Source: Octopus sinensis
Lineage: Eukaryota
Length of the DNA: 64,000 bases
Reading direction: 5' to 3'
NCBI RefSeq assembly: GCF_006345805.1
Contig: NC_043005.1
Location: forward strand, 80,724,001-80,788,000
Below, piece after piece: positions 62,662 to 64,000 of the stretch (position 1 is its first letter; every line of letters begins with the position of its first letter). A model generated the notes under the pieces. That model did no database searches. It was not told where the DNA came from and was given only the letters and a program-made list of their open reading frames with translations. Both the position numbers and the translations under genes were made by a program.

Positions 62662-63410
62662 TCACAATCATACATGTATTTAAACCTAATCAATATATGT
62701 GAATGTTTACATTCAGTTTCACAGTTCCTTAATCGATCGTAGTCTATTAGTGTAGTGTAATTGAGAAATGGAATGAAAATTGATTCAGTTCTTCCAATGT
62801 GTGAATTCTGAAACTAAAGGTCCAAGACCAAATACTCTGTTAAGTTAGTCTTTTTTGCTATATTCAAAATCAGGTACTAAATGTATTTAGAACAAATATT
62901 TTAAGAAGAATTTCTATGAATATATCATTTGGTCCTAAGTTAAAATCATCTCAGCGTTGTCTTCCGTAATTAATACCATTGTTAATGCATTAATGTTCTA
63001 TATTTCCGTTTTATTCTACTATATAAAGCTCCAATTCTTTACATTTAATTCAAAATATTATTCTTTGAAAATTGATCTTTTTAATTAAACACTCAAAATA
63101 TACATCTCTTGCTATTTCAACCAAATAACATAGGCGTCCAATTTAGAATATGTTTGCTTATAATTATTTAACTAATTTAGTCAGTATAATAAACATCTTT
63201 CAGTACTGAGACATAGCTGCTTTCAATAATACTTGAATACCTATTCTGAGGTGTTCGTATCTATTTTAAACCAAAATATTTACAAGGTTCTGTGAGAACC
63301 TCAACAGAACACTGATCCTCCATGACGAGGATCTACGTTGGTAGCTCCTTAGCAAGTCAATTACAAAGTAGCTATGTGAGTGTTTCGGATACTGAAAACG
63401 GCAGTCTAAT

Positions 63411-63798
63411 GGATGGATGGAAGCACTCCGTCGGTTACGACGACGAGGGTTCCGGTTGATCCGATCAACGGAACAGCCTGCTCGTGAAATTAACGTGTAA
63501 GTGGCTGAGCACTCCACAGACACGTGTACCCTTAACGTAGTTCTCAGGGATATTCAGCGTGACACAGAGAGTGACAAGGCCGGCCCTTTGAAATACAGGT
63601 ACAACAGAAACAGGAAGTAAGAGTGAGAGAAATTTGTGGTGAAAGAGTACAGCAGGGATCACCACCATCCCCTGCCGGAGCCTCGTGGAGCTTTAGGTGT
63701 TTTCGCTCAATAAACACTCACAACGCCTGGTCTGGGAATCGAAACCGCGATCCTATGACCGCGAGTCCGCTGCCCTAACTACTGAGCCATTGCGCCTC
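63411..63798 (-). mobile_element. SINE family S3, full length, (TCCA)n tail, 14-bp TSD
   Basis: AACGGCAGTCTAAT at 63397-63410 and 63799-63812. Confidence 0.95.
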
Positions 63799-64000
63799 AA
63801 CGGCAGTCTAATATCTCTCAAATGAAACCTTAAATTTCTTTTAAAATCTAACATGATTAGATATCAAAAGTGTGAATCTCTACGATATGGTTTAAAACGC
63901 TTTTCATTATATGAGCATTCGATGAAAATGAATCTGAATTTAAGCAATAACAACAAAAACAGCAATTAAAAGAGTTTTCGAATGTAAACAGGAATGAATT

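Overview
AT-rich, repeat-saturated eukaryotic DNA with no recognisable host protein-coding exon, rRNA or true tRNA gene, and a 100-N gap at 14252-14351. The SINE/microsatellite landscape suggests an octopus (cephalopod) genome; this is inference from repeat content only. The window holds several tRNA-derived SINE families (about 30 copies, some nested or dimeric), Tc1/mariner remnants, one complete non-autonomous Helitron, CR1, RTE, Tx1/L1-like and R4/Dong-like LINE fragments, and at least five Penelope-like (PLE) insertions. The main find is a very young, nearly intact Neptune-type PLE at 53335-59329. It has an uncharacterised 455-aa ORF1 overlapping the RT-GIY-YIG ORF in the -1 frame at a U UUU UUA slippery heptamer. 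Its three terminal repeats each carry a minimal type I hammerhead motif with a compensatory U3-A8 core pair and a palindromic stem III. Other PLE families in the window carry different hammerhead motifs. All alignments, translations and folds were done by eye; family names S1-S4 are my own labels.
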